Below, piece by piece: positions 53,311 through 64,000 of a DNA stretch of 64,000 nt. The stretch spans positions 26,618,070-26,682,069 of the forward strand of contig NC_057746.1 of the NCBI RefSeq assembly GCF_004010195.1, given 5' to 3'. How positions within the stretch are numbered: the stretch's first letter is position 1; every line of letters starts with the position of its first letter. A program made the translations under genes and the position numbers. This stretch comes from Chiloscyllium plagiosum. Taxonomy: Eukaryota. A model generated the notes under the pieces. That model searched no databases. It saw only the letters and a program-made list of their open reading frames with translations, and was not told the origin of the DNA.

Positions 53311-53977
53311 TACTCCAGAAGGTCCCGTGCCTCGGAGACCAACTAGGTTAGGCCACTCTCTGGTAGTTACTTTTAAAAAAAGTTAACTGACCCATCCAGC
53401 TTTGAAATCCAACGATTAAACCTAATATATATCTGTATACCCTACACCTCTCACCATGATACATAACTTGGAAGCATTGCAAACCGTGCTAAGTATTGTG
53501 TAAAAGGACATTGACAACTTGTTGGAGTGACTAGCTGTTTATTGCAGAGAAGTGTGAGATAATACACGGAGAGATAGTATAAAATCAAGTTTACCATTCA
53601 AAGACGTCTGCAATAGCAGAGAACTCTGGATGTGTACCGTATGTGTATAAAATATTACACTTATCGGACAGGTGCATAGCACAGTCAATAACGCATATTT
53701 TGTCTCAGAGCTGATTGATCGGAGATGTGTATAGGAACAAGGGTTTAATGTTAACAAGGTACAATCCAGCTTTATTTCATTCTCAGACTAGAACAAATTA
53801 ATCGTGAAAGTTCTTTTTTTGTTTACTTGTCAGCAATTTATCCCCCAGTTTTCTTGGCTCACTAGTAATATCCCAGTGTATAGTATGATAATTGAATTCT
53901 CCACTTTCACTCGTCCTTTGCTCTCCCATTTTCTGCAACCAGCTTGTAAATTCACTCACAACAATTAGTTATGTTGA

Positions 53978-54250
53978 TCGGATTCCCCTACAGTATGGAA
54001 ACAGGCACCTTAGGCCAACAAGTCCACACCGACCCTCCAAAGAGTAACCCACCCTCTTACTAAATGCACCTAATACTATAAGTGATTTCGCTTAGCCAGT
54101 TCCCCTGACCTGCACATCTTTGGACAGTGGGAGAAAACGCACAGAGAGAATATGCAACCTCCAAGCAGATAGTTGCCCGATGCTGGAATCGAACCTTGGC
54201 CCTTGTTGCTGTGAGGTAGTAGTGCTAACCACTAAGCCACAGTACGGCAG
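53978..54250 (-). mobile_element. HE1-type SINE
   Basis: gattcccctacagtatggaaacagg...gtgctaaccactaagccac. Confidence 0.8.
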
Positions 54251-55464
54251 AAAAACTGCATCAGAAGTTTTGTGATGCAGTGGTAGCGTCCCTTTCTGAG
54301 GTGTCAGTCCCACTCCAGCGTATGAATGCCTCGATAGTACGTTCATAACATTAGCAAAACAGGTTAGTGAAAGACGGCGAATCTCCTCCTAAGCCATGCT
54401 TGTTGAAGGGTGATGTCCTTCAAGCTGCAGCTTCTATGACAGGCTGGCCACTTCCTGGAGAAAAAAAAGCGATGAAAATACCCATAAATATGGACTTTAT
54501 CAAGCCCAGTTGTTATTATATAAAGGAACAGCTCAAAGTCAAATATAGCAACTTAATTCTAAGAAAGTGGATTTCGTCTTTGTCTCCTCAGTATACCCCA
54601 TCCCTACTCATACTATACATCATTACGTTCATCCTTCATTTTTCTACTTCTCCTACCTTTTAGACAACTTTCTAGCCACGGATATCAGGCTTTCAGTCGT
54701 CGTCCTGTTGAGGAAAGGCCTGTATTCTTGGCATTATAATATAGTTCCACCCGCCAACGTCTGTCTGCAGAACATCGAACTTACTTGCATGTGCATTTCG
54801 AACACGGTCCCCAAAACCATATTGCACTTCCTCGGATTTCTCTGCTTCCTGATCCTCAACCATTAAACAAAATTCTCTTTAGCCCTCCGTTCAATAGTTT
54901 CCCATTTCTAGTTTTCCATGTTTATGCAATCCAGATTCCCACCTCTCCTGCTATATCAGTTAAATTCAAGTGGCAAATTCTTGCTTCTTGTGGGAGCTAT
55001 ATATTTGTAGCGGATTTTACAAATGTGGGCCATTGTTTGTCAATTGAGGGGCTCCGTTTGCGAAATGTAGCAAGAACATTCTCAAATTGCTCGAAAATGT
55101 TACGAATTAGAAAATAACCATCCAGAGACAAGAGATAATAGAAAAATGAATACCATTTAATTCAGTATCAGAGGTAACCTATTTGCATTTACATTTAATT
55201 TTGGTTCAGAAGAGTAGACAGAGAGATGGTACAACACAACCAGTATGTAACTTGCTTAACTTTTCCAGAGCATGACTGGTTTGCGAACGACTTTTTAAAA
55301 AGTACTTCTTTGCGCCTGTTTGGCTATTCAGTATCTGCTGCTCTGTTCATTTTCTACATACTTATATGATGTAACATGATATTTACAGTTACCACCGAAA
55401 ATTGTATGATAGCAGCAGAGAGGAATGGAATTCATCATTTATCATGTTATTATTTTTCTATTAG

Positions 55465-55806
55465 TGGGTACGAAGATGAACGTCACTGTCTTCCAGTTCC
55501 CTCCATTAATAACTGCAACAGAGGGGCAGTCGGTGACGCTGAACTGTGCCTTGGATTTTGAAGGAACTCTATCTCTGATTGGTGCAGCTTATTGGACACG
55601 GGGTAATCTGGATGGGTACAAATTGGATAATAGCCCCTTTTATGAAGCTCGGCTGCAGACATCAGACAGTGATTCATTTGCCAACAGCAGGATCTTCATT
55701 AATATCTCCGACTTGATTGAGAAAGACTCGGACACTTATTACTGTCATATAATTGTACTTGGAGCAGGGAAAAGACATGGAAATGGCACCAAACTGGAGG
55801 TGAAGC
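55465..55806 (+). CDS. NCR3: Gene B V(J)-type Ig domain exon, NKp30/NCR3-family receptor
   Basis: tatttttctattAG...AAGC|GTAAGT, 342 nt, phase 1-1. VTLNC, IGAAYW, DSDTYYC, IIVLGAGKRHGNGTKLEVK, closely matching NKp30 IGSVTW / VEVLGLGVGTGNGTRLVV. Family-level call. Confidence 0.88.
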
Positions 55807-56229
55807 GTAAGTAATAAATAGACACAGTGCTTTGCAAATGAAAACTGCTCGAATTTACAGATGCAAGATTGATTTGATCCGGTTTTCTCAGTTTTAATTA
55901 CCTTACCACTCATTTAGCGGATTCTCTTAAAATAATGCAGCCAATTGACGTCTTTCGCACTTAGCACTGGACGGCATGACCAATGGAGGGAAATAGATGC
56001 GGTAAAATGAGACTATTCAATACTACCTTAACAAAACGCTAAAATCTGTCCTAAATTGTTGTCAATAAGTGCATGCCGCCATCTAACCAGGTGCAATAAT
56101 TTTATACGTGAATGACATGCATTAGAGTTGAATGATATGACGTATAATTTAAAGTGTTTCGTTATTAAGCCTGTTCCTACATGATAGTTAAATTTGAAAC
56201 TATATAAGCACGCCGAGAAAGTTCAGCGG

Positions 56230-57375
56230 GGAGGACTGTTTCGTAAAGTTAGATCACATGGGAGCCAGGGAGTGCTAGCCAATTGGATTAATATAAAATT
56301 GGATTGACGGTAGAAGACAGACGGTGGTCGTACAGGGTAATTTTTGGATTAGAGGCTTGTAACCAGCGATTGATTTTTGGTCTGGAAGCCGGCAACCAGT
56401 GGTGTTCTGTCGGGATCAGTGCTGGGTCCATTGTTGCTTTCCTTTCAAATAAACAATTTGGATGAAAATATAGGATGCATAGCTGGAAAGTTTGCGGATG
56501 CTGCTGCAATTGGTGATACATTGAACAGGGAAGAAGGTTATCCAATAGTACAGCAGGATCATGATCAGCTGGGCTAATGAACTTAGGTGTGGCAGATAGA
56601 GTTTAATTTAAATGTAAGGCATGGACTTTTGGTAAAACTAACCAGGGCAGGACTTCAACAGTTAATGGTAGGGCCCTTGGATGTGTTGTTGATCAGAGAG
56701 ACCAAGTGGTTCAGGTCCTTGAAAGTCACAGTTAGATAGGATGGCTTCCCTCATTGGTCATTGAATATTTATAGTTGGGATTTCAAGTTGCGACTGTACA
56801 GGATATTGGTGAGGCCACTTTTGGACTACTGTGTACAGTTCCACTCGCCTGCCATAGGAAGGATACTATGAAATTGTAAAAGCGTGGAGAAATGATTTGC
56901 AAGGATGCTACCCGGACTGGAGGGTTTGGGCTACAAGGAGAAGCTGGATAGGCCATGACATTTTACCTTGCAACGTAGGAGGTTGAGGGGTGATGTTAGA
57001 GATTTATAAAATCATGAAGACGTGAAAAATGTAAATTGAAAAGCTGTTCTCCCGGGGTGGGGGAAGGGGGTGGTGGAGGGAGGAGGGAGGTGTGGGTGTG
57101 TTCAAATCTAGATAGCATAGGTTTAGGGTGAGGGGGAAAATGTAAAAGGGACCTACTTGACTACTGCTTCGCACAGAGGGTGGTACATATATGAGGAGTG
57201 AACTGCCAGAGGAAGTGCTAGACGGAGATATATTTACAATATTGAAATGACATTTGGACAGGTACAAGAATAGGACATATTTAGAGGGATATGGGCGAAA
57301 CGTAGGCAAATGGAATTACTTGAAATTGGGAATCGAATTGGACCAAAGGGTCTGTGTTCATGCTCTATGACACTA
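56230..57375 (+). mobile_element. CR1 RT/3' fragment in gene B intron
   Basis: ORF 56377-56577 SGVLSGSVLGPLL...KFADA; decayed 3' UTR to ~57375. Confidence 0.8.
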
Positions 57376-58041
57376 ATAATCATATAAGGAAATCGATTTA
57401 CTTCAAGAAGTATAGCAAGTAAATGAAGCTTAATGTTTACTATTACATATCATTTCTCATTTTCTTTTGTCTGCCAAATATTTCATGAAGCAACTTAATA
57501 TATTTAAAGCTTTTCTAAATGCATGGTTCACAGAGCTGAGTATTGTCGAGCAAAATGTGAATAATGTGGCTATCGCTGAGGACTGACTTGGGTGAACATT
57601 TAATTCCCGACTCAGAGTGATATCAACATAATTGCTCGAAGGAAGTTGACTGAGATTTCTATCGTGGAAACAAGTTCTGTTGAGGTTGCACACTGGAAAA
57701 TTGTGAAATTATGAATGCAATTAAATCCAACTGAGATTCTAGAAATAATGCAATTCAAGAAACAAACGTAGTTTCAGAAATATCAGTTTGTTGCAATATG
57801 CGTCTGTCAATGCGTTCATGAAATGATCAAGTAACCATTCATCTATTTTTTAGTGAATGGAAGGGGCTGACATTTGAGAATCCATGTACAAGAAAGATGA
57901 TATAAGTTGGATACCACTCAAAGTACTTTTATTCATATGACGAGGACTAGAATATTTTACAACTCTGTATATAATACTCATTTTTGACCCTAACTATTAA
58001 ACTGGTAGAAATGAAATGGTTCTTGTGTTTAATCATTTCAG

Positions 58042-58170
58042 GAAGGATAAACATATCAAATTGCGTAGGACTCAAGACTGCTTTATCATTTGTACTTCGA
58101 ACAACAATAATCTTGCTGGTTTTTGTACTCGTTATTATACTAATTTGCAAACTGGAATACAAACGCAATG
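58042..58170 (+). CDS. Gene B stalk/transmembrane exon with Cys and TM Arg: (R)RINISNCVGLKTALSFVLRTTIILLVFVLVIILICKLEYKRN
   Basis: gtttaatcatttcAG acceptor, 129 nt, phase 1-1, AATG|GTAAGT donor. Arg in the N-terminal part of the hydrophobic segment, as in NKp30 (VLLLRAGF). Confidence 0.85.
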
Positions 58171-58374
58171 GTAAGTATCATTACAAATGCAACTAAACAC
58201 CTAAATTTCAATTCGTGGTGTCATGGTTTATTAAATTGGTGCAGCTTGGTCAGGTGCAATATCAATACTCTGTTGTGTCGCTGATAATGGTTTCTATGAG
58301 TTTTCCCATGACTGTTGTAAGACTGACTAAACTGAAGTGTGTACCTCTTTACCCCCATGCTTTGTGTTAAACAG

Positions 58375-58454
58375 GACAGAACATTTACAAACATCTAAGT
58401 TCTTTTAACTTTATTTTGGATGGAACTACAAGATATCTCTTCATTGTGCTTTAA
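58375..58454 (+). CDS. Gene B candidate cytoplasmic exon (G)QNIYKHLSSFNFILDGTTRYLFIVL*
   Basis: Acceptor cctctttacccccatgctttgtgttaaacAG with ctgactaa branch-like sequence upstream; phase 1. Alternatives: intron read-through (GKYHYKCN*) or acceptor at 58713-58714 (G*). Confidence 0.4.
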
Positions 58455-58884
58455 TTGTGCTATCTCTGGAAATTAGAAACGAACAGATCTGGAAAGTTGC
58501 TATGAACAAATGTTGACACCATCAATTGGAAAGAACCAGCGGTTTTTGGCCAATCGAAGTATAAGGAATTATTTAAGTATATTTTTGGTCTTATAGTGCA
58601 AAGTATGAAGTAGTTGTACTTGTAATATTATGAAAAGTTGTGATTTTAATTTAGTACTTTTGGAACTGCATCATTCAAATTTATTATTTTTCTTTCTTTG
58701 CAATTTGTTTATAGGATGAAATAGTCAAGCGTTGTGAAGTGGATTCTATTTTCCATTGCAAAATATGTTCCATAACCTTCTGAACGCATTGGAAATAGTA
58801 GATCAGGCAAAAACTGACCTTTCAACCAAACTACTTACTATCAATGGGCCTTTAATAGGTATGACTTTTGGCTCGGCGGAAGTG

Positions 58885-59085
58885 GGTACAGAAGATGCTG
58901 GAGATTAGAGTCAAGATTAGACTGGAAAAGCACAGCAGGTCAGGCAGCTTCGAGGAGCAGGAAAACCGACGTTTCAGACAAAATCCCATCATCATGATTT
59001 TTTTTTTGCCCGAAGCGTAGATTTTCCTGCTCCTCCGATGCTGCCTGACCTGCTGTGCTTTTACAGCACTACTCTAATCATGACT
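58885..59085. mobile_element. PLE family B inverted-repeat remnant, decayed
   Basis: gatgctggagattagag...gaaaagcacagcaggtcaggcagc / gctgcctgacctgctgtgctttt inverted pair. Confidence 0.7.
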
Positions 59086-61699
59086 TTCATCTATACCTTT
59101 TAAAATTTTCAAAATCCTGTTTTATCCCTTATTACCAAAACTAAGTCAAGTATGTTGCAGAGAATCACTGCATGATTTGAAATTACGAAAGTTGTGCCAA
59201 GTTTCATTCTTGCTTTTAAAAAAATTGTTAAAAACTAATCACATTCTCACTTTTTAGCCTTTAACTGCTGGCTCATGTGCTGTCATGTTATGCATATGAT
59301 GTCATAACTTAATGTTTCCAAAGCTGACTAAAGAAGATACAGCCAATCGACAAGGAGATAATAATGTATCCCTTTGTAATCTGTGATTGTTTCTGCAATC
59401 GAACATTAAGACTTTGTTGGCTTGATAGAAAGAACAGACGTCAACTTTCCTTGTTTAAATGTAAAATACACCGAGTGATTTCGAGGCCATGACGTGATAA
59501 AAACCAAAGGAAAACAAACTTCAAAAGAGTAAAAGGCGCCTGGAGTATGATTGAATACTAGTTATTGAACGGACCCTCCCATAGTTTTCTCTTGTGATCC
59601 TACCTGGAACGGTCAGATGTGATCTGAGACGTGATCAGTTTCTTATGTAGGCGTGTGGTCTTTGAGGGAATTTCCCTCTTTGATGGGATGGGCTGTTGCT
59701 AAGAATTTGTCATTCATATTTGCTCCTACAACAATCTGCTCACTAGGGCGTTTGGGAAGACGGTTAAGCATTGATCGTAGCTGATGCTAAGCCTAACTTT
59801 GCAGTTTCGATTCATTAATTACATTTAAACGTCTCCAGTTGCTGTGGTGGGATTTGAATCCTGCGCCCCTTAAGTATTATCTGTATTATTACTGTAGGTG
59901 ACAAAGCCACCACACCATCATTATCCGGTGGTGCCAGGGTTGAAATAATGATTGCAACAACATTTCAAATTTGCCAAGGGAACCCCGAATTTCCTTTTTC
60001 TCAATGCCGTATCTAATCATTAATGTGAACTATATCTTTTGTAATACTTGAGATGCTTTTGGTATTACGAACACGACGTCATGAATTACAACCTTAAACT
60101 ATAATACAAATCTTCTTATGTGATTAAAGTATGCACGGTAATTCTGAGCCATTTAACTGAATATTATTAATTTAACTGTTGAAAAAAGTCTCCAGGTAAC
60201 CAGTTGATTTTTCTTTGACATAAAAGAATGATGTATACAAAACCAAAACGTTCTGATTTCACAACAGTTTCGCATTGTACAGCCACATTTAACGCAGGGA
60301 AACAAACTATAATGATGCGCAACATATTAATGAGTCAAAACCGATGCCTATCCAAAGGACAGATGACAAAGAGCTTCTTCGGGTAGGCTTCAAGCAGAAT
60401 CTTCAAGGAGGAATGCTGACACAATTTGTGGCGGGAATGTTAAGTTTCGATCTTGCAAGCTGCAGGTATTGCTACCAACTGTAGGAGGAAGGACGTATAA
60501 TAACCAAGCGGCTAGTGATAGAAACTTGTAGAACATTTCAATAGGCCGGCTGCAGTTGAAACAAGATGATTGCAACTTTATAATTAAGGTAATGTTCATA
60601 CCAGGGTTGCACATTTCTTACACAATCTCTCCATCCGAATGTTACATGAAATTCACCTTCCCATGTCTCCCCTAATCAGCAAAAGTAACGCGGCCTTTGA
60701 GTGATGAAATAATTTAAAACAATGAAACTTTAGTGATCTGCGAGTCTTCTCGTTCTTTTGTTTCGGCGCTCCAGCTTTGATAAACGCTTTCGAACGAACG
60801 TACATTTAGGTGAGTGCAAAAATCGAGCAGATTATTGTTCCTCCTAGTTTGGCTTCTGATCGATGATAATCCACCGGATGTCGATAGCAGGGATTCATTA
60901 GTAGCAAGGCCGTTGCATGTCCAGCAGCGATTCTATCTTGTTGGTGACAGTCATTGCTTTGTCCTTGTGTGGCCTGAGCGTCCCTTTTTGTTTGTTGGAC
61001 CAAACCTTGGTATTTTCCAGGTCGCCCTACATTTGCGCGTGGTCTACTCAGTAGCTGAGGAATCATGAGTAGTGCTGAACTATGATGCTGAATGAACATC
61101 TCCACTTCTGACTTTGTGATGGAGGCACGGTAATTGTTCAAGAAGCTGAAGGTGGATGGACGGGAGACGCTACATTGAGGAGCTTAATGGTCCTTTTGGT
61201 GCAACCACTAAGGCACGAGGCCTGAACTCAAATCTCGCATGTTTCAGAGGTATTTAATAACATACACGAACAGATTGATCAAATGAAATACAACGAGGAG
61301 TTTGTGTTCTTGCGGCACAGTGACAGGGTCCCTACCGCTGAGCCAGAAAGCCTAAATCCATTGTTCCACCTGTTTGAGATGCATTCAATGAGGCCTCCGG
61401 AAAATTCGATAGAAAATACCGACATATTTATCACTCTATCCAAAAAATAGCCACCAGCGCCATCTGGTGACATTACATGCTATATTCACAGACACAGCAG
61501 TATTTTGATAAGGCGTCATAGGCAATCCATTGATGTACTCGAACTAGAAATTCAAGGGCTTTAAGATCATAGAAATACTGCAGAGTTGAAGAAGAGCACT
61601 CGAGCAATGGCATTCACACGTGTTCTCCGCACGAGCGTTTCATTTTTTTTCTTTCCGGTTTTCTGTCGTTAACCTTTCATTGTTTCATTTCAAATCTCT

Positions 61700-62460
61700 G
61701 CAGATCTGTCACATCCAATCTTGAATGGTGGTCGACAATTGTACAAATCATTGGAGGAAGAGCCTTCAAATATGTCTCAATTCTCAATTATAGAAAGGTC
61801 CAACTCACCAGTGCAATAGGTATATCTGAAACAATCGTAAACATCTTCAGCCATATGTGCTGATTGGATGATCCAACTGGGTCTCCTCCAGTGGCCCCCA
61901 GCATCGCAGATGTCAGTGTTCACTTAGATTTACTCCATACGACATCAAGAAACGTTTGGAGACATTGGGCACTGCAAAGATTATGGACCCCGACGAAATT
62001 CCATAATAGTACAGATGACTTGTGCTTTAGAACATGTTACTCTCCTAGCCAATCTGCAGCAGTGCAGGTATTACACTGACTCTACCCAACAATGTCGAAA
62101 ATTGCCCAGATTATGTCATGTACACGAAAAGCAGGACACATCCAACTGAGTCAATTTACTGCCCCACTACCCTCCTCCCAACCATTAGAAAAGAGATGGA
62201 AGGTGTCATTAACAGTGCCATCACGGATCACTTACTTAGCAACAACCATCTCACTGATGCCCAGTTTGAATTCCACTAGGGTCACTGAGCTCCCGACCTC
62301 ATTACAACCTTGGGTCAACCATGGAAAAAAGAACTGAATTCCAGAGATCAAGTGAGAGTGACAACCCTTTACATCATGGCCGTATTTGACTTGATCAAGG
62401 AGCCAGAGCAAACTGAAATTTATGGCACCCATGAGGTAAACTCTCTGCTGGTTGGTAGAT
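61700..62460 (+). mobile_element. Fragment of the LINE family seen at 28655-32800 (RT N-terminal part)
   Basis: Reverse-complement similarity to ~30600-31250 (atcttcagcca...ggatgatcca, aaattgcccag, ctcactgatgcccagtttg). Confidence 0.65.
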
Positions 62461-62462
62461 GG

Positions 62463-64000
62463 TTAGAACATAGAACATAGAAAAGTACAGCACAGAACAG
62501 GCCCTTCGGCCCACGATGTTGTGTCGAGGATTATTCCTAGTCTAAAATAAAATAACCGAACATATGCACCCCTCAATTCACTGCTGTCCATGTGCATGTC
62601 TAGCAGGCGCTGGTATTCACAACTCTCTGCATAAAGAACCTACCTCTGTGCCTTCCTTCTATTATCTTAAAACAATGACCCCTCATGCCAGTCAATCCTG
62701 CCCTAGGGAAAAGTCTCTGGCTATTGATTCTATCCAAGACTATCATTACCTTGGATACCTCGATTAGGTCACCTCTCTTCCTCCTTCTCTCCAGAGAGAA
62801 AAGTCTGAGCTTAGTCAACCTCTCTTCATAAGACAAACTCTCAACTCCAGGCAGCATCCTGGTAAACCTTCTTTGCATCCTTTCCAAATTCTCTGTATCT
62901 TTCCTATAATATTCGGACCAGAACTGAACACAATATTCCAAGTGTGATCTCACGAGAGTCTTGTAGAGCTGCAGCAAAACCTTGCTGCTCTTAAACTCGA
63001 TCCCCCTGTTAATGAAAGGCAATACACCATATGCTTTCTTCACAACCCTGTCCACTTGGGTGGAAAATTTGAGGGATCTATGCACTTGAACGTTAAGATC
63101 CCTCTGTTGTTCCACGCTGCCAAGAAACTTGTCTTTAATCCTATATCCAGCATTCAAGTTCGACCTTCCAAAATGCACCATTTCGCATTTATCCAGGTTG
63201 AACTCCATCTGCTATTTCTCAGCCCAGCTCTGCAACCAGTCTGCATTGCGCTACAGACTGCAATAGCCCTCGATACTATCAATGGCACCTCCAAACTTTG
63301 TATCCACGGCAAATTTACTAACCCACACATCAACCTCCTCATCCAAGTCATTTACAAAACCTACAAACAGCAGAGATCCAAAAACAAAGCCCTGCGGAGC
63401 ACCACTCACCACTGACATTCAGGCAGAATACTTTCCATCTACAACCACTCTCTGCCTTCTGTCGGCCAACCAATTCCGAATCCAGACAGCCAAATCCTTC
63501 TGTATCCCATACCTCCCGACATTTCGAATGAGCCTACCATGGGGAACCTTATCAAAAGCCTTGCTGAAGTCCATATACACCACATCCACTGCACGACCTT
63601 CATTGACCTGTTCCCGTCACCTCCTGAACAAACTCAATAAGGTTAGTTAGGCACGACCTGCCCCTCACGCAGCCATGCTGACTGCATTTAATTACCCTAT
63701 GCTTATCCACAAAGTCATAGATCCTATCCCTCAGAATTCTTTCCAAAACCTTGCTGACCACAGACATAAGACTGACTGCTCTGTAATTGCCAGGGATTTC
63801 CTTATTCCCCCTTCTTGAAAAGAGGAACAACATTCACCTCTTTCTAATCCTCCGATACAACTCCCATTGAGAGTGAAGAAGCAAAGATCTTCGCCATCAG
63901 CTTAGCAACTTCCATTCTCGTTTCCTGGAGCAACCTAGGAAAAATCTGGTCTGGCTCTGGGGACTTATCAATCCTAATGTTTGTCAAAATTCCCAGCACA
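62463..64000 (-). mobile_element. CR1 LINE RT/3' part, runs off the window
   Basis: Minus ORFs 62600-63208 (MEFNLDKC...LEYCVQFWS) and 63600-63833 (NYRAVSL, SQHG); tail tagaacatagaacatag at ~62464. Confidence 0.92.

Noticed and set aside
55425-55464. ORF-track hydrophobic N-terminus MEFIIYHVIIFLL as gene B signal peptide
   Set aside because: It is the T-rich acceptor tract read in frame. Homology with gene A starts exactly at the AG, and a better leader exon exists at 49629-49689.
55823-55829. Perfect RSS heptamer CACAGTG 17 nt downstream of the gene B V exon
   Set aside because: No ACAAAAACC-like nonamer at 12- or 23-nt spacing. It lies in the intron after an already joined J-like strand and is absent from gene A.

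Overview
Repeat-rich vertebrate genomic DNA, almost certainly from a cartilaginous fish (shark). The evidence is HE1-type tRNA-derived SINEs, shark-type CR1 LINEs and several Penelope-like element (PLE) families. Almost every ORF in the supplied track is a retroelement fragment or spurious. Reading splice sites by hand gives two divergently oriented (head-to-head) single-Ig-domain receptor genes of the NKp30/NCR3 family, each with a germline-joined VJ-type domain in one 342-nt exon. Gene A (minus strand) has leader 15942-15999, V 12904-13245, an uncharged TM exon 12154-12273 and a phase-compatible chain of cytoplasmic micro-exons (5500-5518, 5372-5400, 4480-4508); its terminal exon is uncertain. 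Gene B (plus strand) has leader 49629-49689, V 55465-55806, a TM exon with a stalk Cys and a membrane Arg (58042-58170) and alternative short tails. By hand count the V exons are about 86% identical in DNA and about 82% in protein, whereas the leaders, TM exons and flanking introns do not align. This is the signature of a paired activating versus non-activating (possibly inhibitory) receptor system with exon-restricted homogenisation. Secondary observations are minimal hammerhead-ribozyme motifs in at least three PLE families, a SINE-headed single-ORF LINE, and short local templated duplications. Repeat boundaries are approximate, and no exon has transcript support here.
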